Part shown: positions 32,748 to 41,567 of the stretch, one piece after another | Layout of the letters: each line of letters begins with the position of its first letter | Numbering within the stretch: position 1 is the stretch's first letter | From: an uncultured Actinomycetes bacterium | Lineage (GTDB): Bacteria > Actinomycetota > Thermoleophilia > Solirubrobacterales > Solirubrobacteraceae | Direction: 5' to 3' | Length of the DNA: 64,000 nucleotides | Assembly (NCBI GenBank): GCA_963705315.1 | Contig: OY970068.1 | Location: 70,324 to 134,323 of the forward strand | Translations under genes and position numbers: made by a program | The notes under the pieces: model-generated | Told to the model about the DNA's origin: nothing | The model's database searches: none | Seen by the model: the letters and a program-made list of their open reading frames with translations, nothing else

Positions 32748-33842
32748 CTAACCCGAATCCCTCAACGCAAACCTTCCGTCCTCCACGATCAGCTCGCCGT
32801 CGGCGGTCAGCCGGCCGCCCCTGCGCAGGTCGCAGATGAGGTCCCAGTGCAGGGCAGATTCGTTCTTGCCACCGGTCTCCGGGTACGAGCGGCCGAGGGC
32901 CAGATGGACGGTCCCGCCGATCTTCTCGTCGAAGAGCGTCGCCCCGATCGCCTGCTGGATGCCGAAGTTCGTGCCGATGCCGATCTCGCCGAGGCGGCGC
33001 GCCCCGTCGTCGGTCGCCAGGGCCCGTTGCAGGTAGGCGTTGCCGCGCTCGGCGTGCGCGGCCACGACCTCGCCGTCGCGGAACTCCAGGTCGACGCCCG
33101 CGACCTCGACGCCGGCGGGCGAGGACGGGACGTCGAATTGGATCCGGCCCGTCGCGCTGCCCTCATGCGGCCCCGTGAAGACCTCGCCGCTGGGCATGTT
33201 GCGCCGCCCATCGGAGTTCACCCACGTTCGCCCGCCGACGGCAAGGCGCAGGTCGGTTCCCGGCATCTGGATGCGCAGCTGCTTCGCACGCTCGAGCCGC
33301 GCGATGAGCGCCGCCTGGACGGCGCGCAGCTCGCCCCACGCGCGGACCGGATCGGGCTGGTCGAGGAACAGCGCGCGCTCGACGAACGCCTCGAAATGGG
33401 CGAGGCTCATGCCCGCCTGCTGGGCGCTGGCCTGCGTCGGCCACAGCGTCGAGCACCAGCGCTTCTTCAGCGCCTGATCGCGCAGCGGCTTGCGCGCACG
33501 GGCCGCGCGCGCGAGTCGCTCGGGGTCGATGCCCGTGAGCGCCCGCGTGTTCTCGGGCGCCTGGATCGCGAGCTGGCAGTGCGCCTTGCGCGCCTCGGCG
33601 TAGGCGACCTCGGAGAAGCCGTCGAGGTGAACGTCGCGCGCGTGCTCGTGGAAGGACGCCGTCGAACCCGGCAGCTCGACGCGCAGCGAGGGCCACGCGT
33701 CGCGGGCGAGAACGGCGCGCTGAACCTCGAGCAGCAATGGCTCGGCGAGCGTCGTCGAGCGGACGAGGATCTCCTGACCGGCCTGCACCTCGAGGCAATA
33801 GCCGACGAGCAGCTCGGCGAAGCGGGCGGGGTCGAGGGCCAC
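32748..33842 (-). CDS. aminopeptidase, M29 (AmpS/PepS) family
   Basis: 364 aa. The segments FAELLVGYCLEVQAGQEILV..., PSGEVFTGP and HLALGRSYPETGG are typical of thermophilic metalloprotease M29. Confidence 0.75.
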   Translation of the reverse strand: MALDPARFAELLVGYCLEVQAGQEILVRSTTLAEPLLLEVQRAVLARDAWPSLRVELPGSTASFHEHARDVHLDGFSEVAYAEARKAHCQLAIQAPENTRALTGIDPERLARAARARKPLRDQALKKRWCSTLWPTQASAQQAGMSLAHFEAFVERALFLDQPDPVRAWGELRAVQAALIARLERAKQLRIQMPGTDLRLAVGGRTWVNSDGRRNMPSGEVFTGPHEGSATGRIQFDVPSSPAGVEVAGVDLEFRDGEVVAAHAERGNAYLQRALATDDGARRLGEIGIGTNFGIQQAIGATLFDEKIGGTVHLALGRSYPETGGKNESALHWDLICDLRRGGRLTADGELIVEDGRFALRDSG

Positions 33843-33854
33843 TCGTCCCTCTGG

Positions 33855-34022
33855 CTAGTGGGCCTTCTCGGAACGCTCGGCCGGAAACCCCGGGATGCCG
33901 GCGCCGGCTGGCAAGGACGCAGGGAGGGCGCAATGGCAGGGCCATGGCCCCGACCGAGGACACCGCCGGGCGGCGATCGGCGCCCGGGGTTTGCGGTCAG
34001 ACGTTTGGAGAAGGCCCACTAG
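33855..34022. mobile_element. 168-bp MITE-like element, copy 1 (terminal inverted repeats GTGGGCCTTCTC, flanking TA)
   Basis: c-TA-gtgggccttctcggaacg...cgtttggagaaggcccac-TA-g. It is about 85-90% identical by eye to 58523..58691. It has no ORF of its own. Its right-end CTA supplies the TAG stop of the minus-strand aminotransferase gene. Confidence 0.75.
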
Positions 34023-35185
34023 GCGTGCCAGCCGGCGTCCAGCGCGGCCAGCGGCTCGGCGGGATCGGCTCCCAGGAGCTCCGCCAGCGCGTTGACGAGC
34101 TGCTCCTGCGGCTCGCGGCGGGCGCCCTGGCCCATGACGCCGATCCGCCACAGGTTCCCGGCGAGCGGTCCGAGGCCGCCGGAGATCTCGATGCCGTGCT
34201 CGAGCAGCAGGCGGGTCCGCACGGCGGCCTCGTCGATGCCGTCGGGCGGGGTGACCGCGAGCAGCGGATGCAGCTGCTCGCCGTCCGGGGCCAGGCGCGC
34301 ACAGCCGAACATGGCGAGCGCGTCGCGCAGCGCGTGATGCGCGCGGCGGTGACGCTCCCACGTCGTTGGCAGCCACTCCTCGCCCACGGCGATCCGCAGC
34401 GCCTCGCGCAGCGCGTAGATCATGTTGATCGGCGCGGTGTGGTGATAGGCGCGCCTCACTCCAGGGCTCCAGTAGCCGAGCACGAGTGAGAGGTCGAAGT
34501 ACCACGAGCGGCCCGGCTGCTCGCGGGCAGCGAGCTTGGCGAGCGCGCGCTCGTTGGCGGTGAACGGCGCGAGCCCGGGCGGGCAGTTCAGGCACTTCTG
34601 CGTGCCGGAAAACGCGGCGTCCACGCCGGCCTCGTCGAGGCGCAGGGGATGTCCGCCGAGCGACGTCACGCAGTCGATGAGCAGCAGCGCGTCGCGCTCG
34701 TGACACGCGTCCGCGAGCCCCTCCAGCGGCTGGGCGACGCCCGTCGACGTCTCGCCGTGTACGACGACCATCGCGTCCAGGCCGCCGGCGGCCGCCGCGA
34801 TGAGCTCCTCCTGGGCGATCGCGCGGCCCCACTCGGCCTCGACGCGCACGACGTCGGCGCCGGCGCGCGTCAGCTCGTCGGCCATCCGCTCGCCGAACAG
34901 CCCGTGAACACCGCAGACGACGCGATCGCCGGGATCGACGAAGTTCGCCACGAGCGCCTCCATCCCGGCGCTGCCGGTTCCCGAGACCGGCAGCGTGGCG
35001 ACGTTCTCGGTGACGAACGCGTCGCGCAGCAGGGCGATCGTCTCGCTCATGATCGCGCCGAAGGCCGGGTCCATGTGCCCGATCGTCGGCTGGGCGAGCG
35101 CGGCGAGCACGCGGTCGGGAACGGGGCTCGGCCCCGAGCCGAGCAGCAGGCGCTCGGGAACGTCGGTCTGGGGTGTGGTCGTCAC
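34019..35185 (-). CDS. class V aminotransferase (serine-pyruvate / alanine-glyoxylate type)
   Basis: GTG 35185 forms a GTGA overlap with the upstream gene's stop. Motifs are LLLGSGPSPVPDRVL, VVVHGETSTGV, LLIDCVTSLGG and FSGTQKCL (PLP lysine). Confidence 0.8.
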   Translation of the reverse strand: MTTTPQTDVPERLLLGSGPSPVPDRVLAALAQPTIGHMDPAFGAIMSETIALLRDAFVTENVATLPVSGTGSAGMEALVANFVDPGDRVVCGVHGLFGERMADELTRAGADVVRVEAEWGRAIAQEELIAAAAGGLDAMVVVHGETSTGVAQPLEGLADACHERDALLLIDCVTSLGGHPLRLDEAGVDAAFSGTQKCLNCPPGLAPFTANERALAKLAAREQPGRSWYFDLSLVLGYWSPGVRRAYHHTAPINMIYALREALRIAVGEEWLPTTWERHRRAHHALRDALAMFGCARLAPDGEQLHPLLAVTPPDGIDEAAVRTRLLLEHGIEISGGLGPLAGNLWRIGVMGQGARREPQEQLVNALAELLGADPAEPLAALDAGWHA

Positions 35186-35565
35186 GGGGCCTCGATGTCG
35201 GGGAAATGGTCGGCGAGGTGCTGGCGCATGGTGTCGCGGATCCAGCGCTTCTCCTCCGCGCTGGCGATGCGGTAGCGCTGGAGCAGTTCCTTCTGGTCCT
35301 CGGTCGGCACGTCGTAGATCGTCCAGCGCGCGACGAGCCGCTCGAAGAGAAACTCGACCGCGCGGTGCCACGAGTCGTCGGTCGTCTTGCGCTGGTCGTG
35401 GAGCACCGCCGCGTACTTGCGCCGCGTGAGCGGCGACATCGACCCGCGCAGGGTCAGGATGTTGCCATCGCCGTCCTGGTAGTCGGTGGTGTCGGCCGAG
35501 ATCCGGCCGAGCCCGCGGTTGCGCTTGCCCATGGCCTTGGAATCTAGCGTCGTGTTCCCGTACAT
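35182..35565 (-). CDS. hypothetical protein
   Basis: 127-aa ATG ORF with a natural, non-shadow composition (…YAAVLHDQRKTTDDSWHRAVEFLFERLVARWTIYDVPTEDQKELLQRYRIASAEEKRWIRD…). It is translationally coupled to the aminotransferase gene. Confidence 0.55.
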   Translation of the reverse strand: MYGNTTLDSKAMGKRNRGLGRISADTTDYQDGDGNILTLRGSMSPLTRRKYAAVLHDQRKTTDDSWHRAVEFLFERLVARWTIYDVPTEDQKELLQRYRIASAEEKRWIRDTMRQHLADHFPDIEAP

Positions 35566-35771
35566 CCGGGCTCCGCTCGTGCTCGGCGGCGCTCAAGCAC
35601 GCTGTGCGGCTCCGTCATCACGCCGATCTGGGCCACGACCATGCCGCGGCATGGGTCGAGTGCGAGTCGTGCGGAGAGCGCCCCGACAAGCGATCGTGTC
35701 GAACCGAGCGCGCATAGCGACCATTAAGGCGACACGACGCTCACTGGCCCGCGCGCTCGTCGCTCCCGCGC

Positions 35772-37556
35772 TCAGCCCTCGTTGAGCAGCAGGCCGAGGA
35801 TCGCCGCCGTGCCGCGCGTGTCCAGGGCGACCTTCAGGCCGGCTGCCTCGATCGCGCTCAGGGCACCCTCGTCGCGGGCGCGGTCGACGCCGCTGCCCAT
35901 CGCGTCGGCGAGCTCGTCGTCGCTGACACCCGGGGGCGGCTCGCCGTCGAGCAACGGGAGCAGGAGGTCCTCGCGCGTCGTGCCGAGCTTGCACGCGCCG
36001 CCGTCCAGCGCGGCGAGCACGGCGCGCTGGGTGTCCCCGACGGCGGGGCGAGCGCGCGGCTGGCACGGATCCGCGACGCCGTGTGACTCGAAGGATCCTC
36101 CGCCGAGGGCGATGTAGACGGCCACGACAAGCACCGCCACCGTGACGGCGCCGGTGACCGCCACCGGCAGCGGCGCGCCGGAGGCGAGGTGGCTGCCGTT
36201 GGATGCCGCGGCGCCGCCTGCCCCCCCGGGCCGCGCGCCGCGCGCGGCGAGGCCAACCGCGCCCGCGGCGAGCAGCGCGAGCAGCGCGGCCGCGAGGAAT
36301 GCCGTCGAGAACGCGTGCGTGCCGGCGCGGTCGAGCTCGTCCTCGAGATCGGCACGCAGCCGGTCGACCGCCGGGCGCTCCTCGGCGGGCACGTCGACGC
36401 CGTCGAACCCGCGGCTGAGGTCGGGCAGCTCGTCGCCGGAGGACGCGACCTCGTCGCCGAGCGCGCGGGCCAGGTCGAGCTTTGTCGACAGGGCAACCGG
36501 CGCGTCGAGGAGGGCGGAGATCCCGGCGCGCATCGCCGGCGGGCGGGCGTCATCCAGGCCGGCGGTGAAGATCGGCGTGAGGATCAAGAGGCCGGCGACG
36601 ATCCCGGCGTGCCGGGCGGCGATCGTCCACGCGGCGGGCTCGTCGGGCGCGGAGTCCCCCTCCGCGTGGACCGTCACGCGTACCAGCGGCGCGAGCGCGA
36701 GGCCGAGGCCCGCGCCGATCGCCAGCTGCGGCACGACGGTCCACAGCGGCCCGGCTCCGGGCAGCAACCCGAGCGCCGCCAGGCCGCCCGCCACGAGGAC
36801 ACAGCCGGCGACCGCGACCCACAGCCCCTCGCGCTCGCGGGCCCAGCGGCCGGCGAGCAGCGCCGCGACCGGCATGACGGTCACGGTCACGGCGGCGATC
36901 CCCGGTGAGTGCTGCCAGCCCTCGATGAGCAGGATGACGAGCAGAAACAGCGCCGCGGCGAGCGCGGCCGAGAGCAGCGCGAGCCCGGCGAGCGGAAGCG
37001 CCGGCGGCCGCTGTCCGCCGTCGACCACGACCGGTGCGACCCGCGGCGCCCCGCGGACGGCGACCAATGCGATGAGCGCGACGGGCACCTGGAGCGCAAA
37101 CATCGCCTCCCACGAGAACGCCTCGGTGAGAAACCCGCCGGCGGCAGGCCCGACCGCGGCGCCGAGCACGCCCGCGGCGGCCCACAACGCGACGGCGCGG
37201 CGGCCCCCGACGCGCGCGGCCATCAGATCGAGCGCAGCCGCGACGACGACCGCGCCGGACACGCCCTGCGCGGCACGAGCGGCGATGAGCGCGGTGATCG
37301 ACGGCGCCGCGGCGCAGGCGACGGAGGCCAGCGCGAACAGCGCGAGCGAGACCACATACGCGCGCTGCGTGCGCGCCCTGGCCAGGCGCGAGCCCGGCAG
37401 CGCCGCGAGCGCCAGCGCAAGGTTGAACGCGATCAGGACCCAGGCGACGGTCGCGACCGTCGTGTCGAGCTCGCGCAGGATGTCGGGCAGCGCGAGCGTG
37501 ACGACCGACGAGTCGGCCAGGACGAGGGCGACCGCCAGCGCGAGCAGAAAGATCAC
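35772..37556 (-). CDS. MFS transporter (DHA2-like, about 12-14 TM) with a C-terminal soluble extension
   Basis: 594 aa. It opens with ADSSVVTLALPDILRELDTTVATVAWVLIAFNLALA followed by many hydrophobic helices. The last 170 aa or so are hydrophilic. Confidence 0.7.
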   Translation of the reverse strand: MIFLLALAVALVLADSSVVTLALPDILRELDTTVATVAWVLIAFNLALALAALPGSRLARARTQRAYVVSLALFALASVACAAAPSITALIAARAAQGVSGAVVVAAALDLMAARVGGRRAVALWAAAGVLGAAVGPAAGGFLTEAFSWEAMFALQVPVALIALVAVRGAPRVAPVVVDGGQRPPALPLAGLALLSAALAAALFLLVILLIEGWQHSPGIAAVTVTVMPVAALLAGRWAREREGLWVAVAGCVLVAGGLAALGLLPGAGPLWTVVPQLAIGAGLGLALAPLVRVTVHAEGDSAPDEPAAWTIAARHAGIVAGLLILTPIFTAGLDDARPPAMRAGISALLDAPVALSTKLDLARALGDEVASSGDELPDLSRGFDGVDVPAEERPAVDRLRADLEDELDRAGTHAFSTAFLAAALLALLAAGAVGLAARGARPGGAGGAAASNGSHLASGAPLPVAVTGAVTVAVLVVAVYIALGGGSFESHGVADPCQPRARPAVGDTQRAVLAALDGGACKLGTTREDLLLPLLDGEPPPGVSDDELADAMGSGVDRARDEGALSAIEAAGLKVALDTRGTAAILGLLLNEG

Positions 37557-37559
37557 GGG

Positions 37560-37850
37560 TCAGCCAGGCTCACCGGACTCGATGTCGAGCCCCTCGACGA
37601 GGCGCGGCTGCCCGTCCACCTCGTAGCGGACGTCGATCGAGTCGTTCTGACGGTACGTCCCGACGCCCCACGCGCCCATGAACCAGCGCCAGGCCCCGAG
37701 CTTGCCCTCCTTCTTCAGCTCGCGCTCGAAGACCAGCGCGCCGTCACGCACGAGGTAGTCGACGTTCTCCTCCTGGTGCACGCCGTTGACGTAGACCTCG
37801 AAGGGAGCGCGCACGGCCCGGGGAAGAGGCACGATTGAGCGGTCGGGCAC
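37560..37850 (-). CDS. small hypothetical protein
   Basis: I chose the start at GTG 37850. The 96-aa product reads VPDRSIVPLPRAVRAPFEVYVNGVHQEENVDYLVRDGALVFERELKKEGKLGAWRWFMGAWG.... The upstream part of ORF 37560..38039 is repeat-encoded. Confidence 0.5.
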   Translation of the reverse strand: MPDRSIVPLPRAVRAPFEVYVNGVHQEENVDYLVRDGALVFERELKKEGKLGAWRWFMGAWGVGTYRQNDSIDVRYEVDGQPRLVEGLDIESGEPG

Positions 37851-37859
37851 ATCGCCATT

Positions 37860-37908
37860 GTGACGTCGACGGGAGGTCGGTGCTTGCACTGACCGCACGG
37901 CGAAACCC
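37860..37908 (+). repeat. GTRACGTCGNC-hairpin-GGCGAAAC motif, copy 3 of 5
   Basis: gtgacgtcgac-ggga-ggtcggtgc/ttgcactgacc-gcac-ggcgaaaccc. It begins 10 nt beyond the start codon of the minus-strand gene 37560..37850. Confidence 0.6.
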
Positions 37909-37945
37909 ATACTCTCCAGAGTGAGTTGATCGCAGGGGGGAGTGC

Positions 37946-38656
37946 GTGGAGGGCGAACTCCCCAGGAGGGGCGCGATGCCGCCCATATTTCCCATGACCT
38001 CCCCTGTCCCATATCGCGTTCGCAGATCCGACCGAGCACGTCGCGTGCGGGTCAGCGTCGATGCGCATGGCGGCGTCGAGGTCGTGCTCCCGCGCAACAG
38101 CCCGCGCAGCGCCGCGACGGCCGCCGTCGTCGAGCTGGCGCCGTGGATCGAGCGCCGCCTGGAGGAGACGCGCGCGGTGCACGAGGCGATCGCCGCGCGC
38201 GGCGAAACGGTCCCGTACCTCGGCACGAACCTCGCCCTCAAGCGCGAGGCGGGCCGCACCCGCGCGCACCGCCGCGGCGACACGCTGCTCGTGCCCGGCG
38301 ACCGCGCCGAGGCGCTGGCCGCGATCGAGCGCTGGTACCGTCGCGCGGCGCGCCGGGAGATCGCCCCGCGCCTGGACCGCGCGGTCGTCGCGCTGGGATG
38401 TGAGTACTCCGCGCTGACGATCCGAAACCAGCGCACACGCTGGGGATCTTGCTCGTCGAGCGCAGCGATGAGCTTCAACTGGCGGCTGCTGCTGGCGCCC
38501 GAAGACGTGCTCGACTACGTTGTCTGGCACGAGGCCTGTCACCTGCGCGTCATGGACCACTCGCCCCGCTTCTGGTCGCTGCTGGAAGCGCACCTGCCGG
38601 GATATGAGATTCACCGGCGCTGGCTGCGGCGCCAGGGGACTACATTGGTGCTCTAG
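37946..38656 (+). CDS. DUF45 / YgjP-like (M48-type, SprT-like) zinc metallopeptidase
   Basis: Motifs are RNQRTRWGSCS and the HExxH motif VVWHEACHLRVMDHS. Alternative starts are ATG 37976 and 37994. The TAG stop at 38654..38656 overlaps the GTG of the first mce gene by 1 nt. Confidence 0.75.
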   Translation: MEGELPRRGAMPPIFPMTSPVPYRVRRSDRARRVRVSVDAHGGVEVVLPRNSPRSAATAAVVELAPWIERRLEETRAVHEAIAARGETVPYLGTNLALKREAGRTRAHRRGDTLLVPGDRAEALAAIERWYRRAARREIAPRLDRAVVALGCEYSALTIRNQRTRWGSCSSSAAMSFNWRLLLAPEDVLDYVVWHEACHLRVMDHSPRFWSLLEAHLPGYEIHRRWLRRQGTTLVL

Positions 38657-40047
38657 TGGGTCTCGCGGAGGGGAGAGGACGGATCCTTGTACTGGTGGCG
38701 GCTGTCGCCATCACGCTGATCGTCCTGCTCGTGCTGCTCCTCGGCGGCAGCAGCTACACGGTCAACGCGCGCTTCGTCTCGGCAAGCCAGATCGTCGAGG
38801 GCAACGCCGTGAAGGTCAGCGGCGTGACCGTCGGATCGGTCAAGGACATCGAGCTCACCGACGACGGCCAGGCACAGATCACGCTGGCGATCTCCGATGA
38901 CCGTTATTACCCTCTGCGACGCGGCACGCGGGCGATCATCCGCCAGGCGTCGCTCTCGGGCGTGGCCAACCGCTACGTCGACCTGCAGCTCGGCCCGGCT
39001 GGCGGCGCCGACATCGCCGACGGCTCGGACCTGACGACCGACGAGACCGAGGCCGCCGTCGATCTCGACCAGATCTTCGACACGTTTGACCTTGAAGCGC
39101 GCAACGGCGTGCAGAAGTCCGTCGAGTTCCTGCGCGACTTCCAGGCGGGCAGCGAGGACGACGCCAACGAGGCGCTGCGCTACCTCAACCCCGCGCTGTC
39201 GTCGACGAGCCGCCTGTTCGCCGAGCTGAACCGCAACACGCCGGACTTCGAGCGCTTCATCGTCGAGACCTCCAAGCTCGTCACCGACGTCTCCTCGCGC
39301 GACGACGCGCTCGCCCAGCTCGTGCGCAACCTGGGAACGACGACGGCCGCGCTGACCTCGGGCGGCGACAGCCTCGCGCAGGCCGTCGGCCTGCTGCCGA
39401 TCGTCATGCGCAAGTCCAACTCGACGTTCGTCAACCTGCGCTCCGCGCTGGATGACCTCGACCCGCTCGTCAACGACGCCAAGCCGGTCGTGCGCACCAA
39501 GCTCATCCCGCTGCTGCGCGAGCTGCGCCCGTTCGCCCGCGAGGCGCAGCCGACGGTTCGCAGCCTCTCACGGACGGTCCGCCGACCGGGCGCCGACAAC
39601 GACCTCGTCGAGCTGCTGCGCCGCCAGCCCGCGATCAACGCGATCGCCAACGAGACGGCGCGGCGCAACGGCGAGGATCGTCCGGGGGCGCTGCCGACGC
39701 TGCGCAAGGCGCTGCGCGGCGCGGCCCCGCAGCTCGGGTTCCTGCGGCCCTACGCGCCCGACCTCATCGGCTGGTTCGACGACTTCTCGACGAGCGGCGC
39801 CTACGACGCGATGGGCAACTTCTCGCGCGCCGGCCTGCAGCTCGGCGGCTTCACGCTCGGCCCCGTTCTCGACCTGCTGCCGATCCCGATCGAGCTGCGC
39901 AACCTGCTGCTGTCGGCCGGGGTCAAGATCGGGCGCAACAACCGCTGCCCGGGCGCGATCGAGCGGCGCGCCGCTGACGGCTCCAACCCCTACCGGCCGT
40001 CGCCGGACTTCAACTGCGACCCCAGCCAGGTGCCGATCGGGCCATGA
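38656..40047 (+). CDS. MCE-family (MlaD-domain) protein 1 of 6
   Basis: N-terminal TM (ILVLVAAVAITLIVLLVLLLGG) followed by the MCE-domain pattern YTVNARFVSASQIVEGNAVKVSGVTVGSVKDIEL. Confidence 0.85.
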   Translation: MGLAEGRGRILVLVAAVAITLIVLLVLLLGGSSYTVNARFVSASQIVEGNAVKVSGVTVGSVKDIELTDDGQAQITLAISDDRYYPLRRGTRAIIRQASLSGVANRYVDLQLGPAGGADIADGSDLTTDETEAAVDLDQIFDTFDLEARNGVQKSVEFLRDFQAGSEDDANEALRYLNPALSSTSRLFAELNRNTPDFERFIVETSKLVTDVSSRDDALAQLVRNLGTTTAALTSGGDSLAQAVGLLPIVMRKSNSTFVNLRSALDDLDPLVNDAKPVVRTKLIPLLRELRPFAREAQPTVRSLSRTVRRPGADNDLVELLRRQPAINAIANETARRNGEDRPGALPTLRKALRGAAPQLGFLRPYAPDLIGWFDDFSTSGAYDAMGNFSRAGLQLGGFTLGPVLDLLPIPIELRNLLLSAGVKIGRNNRCPGAIERRAADGSNPYRPSPDFNCDPSQVPIGP

Positions 40048-41567
40048 GAAGCAAGGTTCTGGTAAGCGTCATTGCCTTCGCCGCCGCCTGCGGCGCGTGG
40101 CTCGCCGCCGGCCCGGCCGGCGCGGACGACAGCGAGCGCTACACCGTCGTGCTCGACAACGCGTTCGGCCTCACCGAGGGCTCGGACCTGCGGTCGGGCG
40201 GCGTGAAGGTCGGCACGATCGAGAAGCTCGACATCGAGCGCAAGACGGCGCGCGCGCTGGCGACGGTCGTCGTCAGCGAGCCGAACTTCGCCGGCTTTCG
40301 CAAGGACGTGTTCTGCGAGATCAAGCCGCAGTCGCTGATCGGCGAGTACTTCATGGACTGCCGCTCGGGCACGTCGCCCGACCCGGCGCCCAAGCGCATC
40401 CCCGTCGAGCAGACCGCCGGCACGATCCCGCCCGACCTCGTGCTCGACATCATGCGCCGCCCGGCACGCGAGCGCTTCGGGCTCATCCTCGCCGAGCTCG
40501 GCGGGGGCCTGGCTGCGCGCGGCGAGGACCTGCAGACGACGATCCGCCGCGGCGTCCCGGCGCTGCGCGAGACCGACAAGGTCCTCGACCTCCTCTACGC
40601 GAACCGCCGCACGCTGCGCGACCTGGCCCGCGAGGCCGATCAGGTGCTCGTCAAGCTCGCCGCCAACCGCGACAACGTCGCTCGCTTCGTCTCCGAGGCG
40701 CGCGACACGACGTCCGCGTCGGCAGACCGCCGCGACGAGCTCAAGGCCACGGTCCAGCGGCTGCCCGGCTTTTTGCGCGAGCTGCGCCCGGCGCTGGCCG
40801 ACCTCGGCACTGCCGCGCGGGAGCAGACTCCCGCGCTGGCCGACCTGCGCGCGGCGGCACCGGACCTCACGACGACGCTGCGCCGACTCGGCCCGTTCTC
40901 CGACTCGGCCCGTCCCGCCGTCCGGACGCTCGGTGACGTCGCCCAGACCGGCATCGGCGCCGCCCGTGAGGCGCGCTCGACGGTCAAGGAGCTGCGCAAC
41001 CTCGGCTCGGTGAGCACCGAGCCGAGCCGCAATCTGCGCTTCCTGCTCGAGGACATCGACGATCGCGAGCGCGCCACCGAGCCGAACAAGCTCAGCCCGA
41101 CCGGCGCGGGCTTCACCGGCATCGAGGCCTTCCTGCAGTACCTGTTCGTGCAGTCCCAGGCGATCAACATCTTTGATTCGAAGGGCTACATCCTCAAGCT
41201 CGCCCTGCTCGTCAACAACTGCTCGACGTACGTCAACGCGCAGACCGCGCGCGAGGACACCGAGCACACCGAGCAGTGCAAGCAGTGGCTCGGCCCCAAC
41301 CAGCCGAACATCACCACCGGCGTCTCGGCCACGAAGAAGCTGAAGGCGACCCCGCCCAAGCGCTCTGACGAGGCCAAGCGGCCGTCGGCCGCCCCCGCCG
41401 CTCCGACGTCGCCGCAGCAGCAGCCCTCCACGCCTCCGTCCGGCTCGGGCAACCTGCTCCAGGACCTGCTCGACCAGCTGCCCGAGATCTCGATCGGCCC
41501 GAAGTCCGGCAGCGGGGCGAGCGCGCAGAGCGAGCAGAACCTCCTCGACTTCCTGCTCGGGCCATGA
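40044..41567 (+). CDS. MCE-family protein 2 of 6
   Basis: ATGA overlap with gene 1. It has a signal/TM segment, then YTVVLDNAFGLTEGSDLRSGGVKVGTIEKLDI, and a Pro-rich C-terminal tail. Confidence 0.85.
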   Translation: MRSKVLVSVIAFAAACGAWLAAGPAGADDSERYTVVLDNAFGLTEGSDLRSGGVKVGTIEKLDIERKTARALATVVVSEPNFAGFRKDVFCEIKPQSLIGEYFMDCRSGTSPDPAPKRIPVEQTAGTIPPDLVLDIMRRPARERFGLILAELGGGLAARGEDLQTTIRRGVPALRETDKVLDLLYANRRTLRDLAREADQVLVKLAANRDNVARFVSEARDTTSASADRRDELKATVQRLPGFLRELRPALADLGTAAREQTPALADLRAAAPDLTTTLRRLGPFSDSARPAVRTLGDVAQTGIGAAREARSTVKELRNLGSVSTEPSRNLRFLLEDIDDRERATEPNKLSPTGAGFTGIEAFLQYLFVQSQAINIFDSKGYILKLALLVNNCSTYVNAQTAREDTEHTEQCKQWLGPNQPNITTGVSATKKLKATPPKRSDEAKRPSAAPAAPTSPQQQPSTPPSGSGNLLQDLLDQLPEISIGPKSGSGASAQSEQNLLDFLLGP

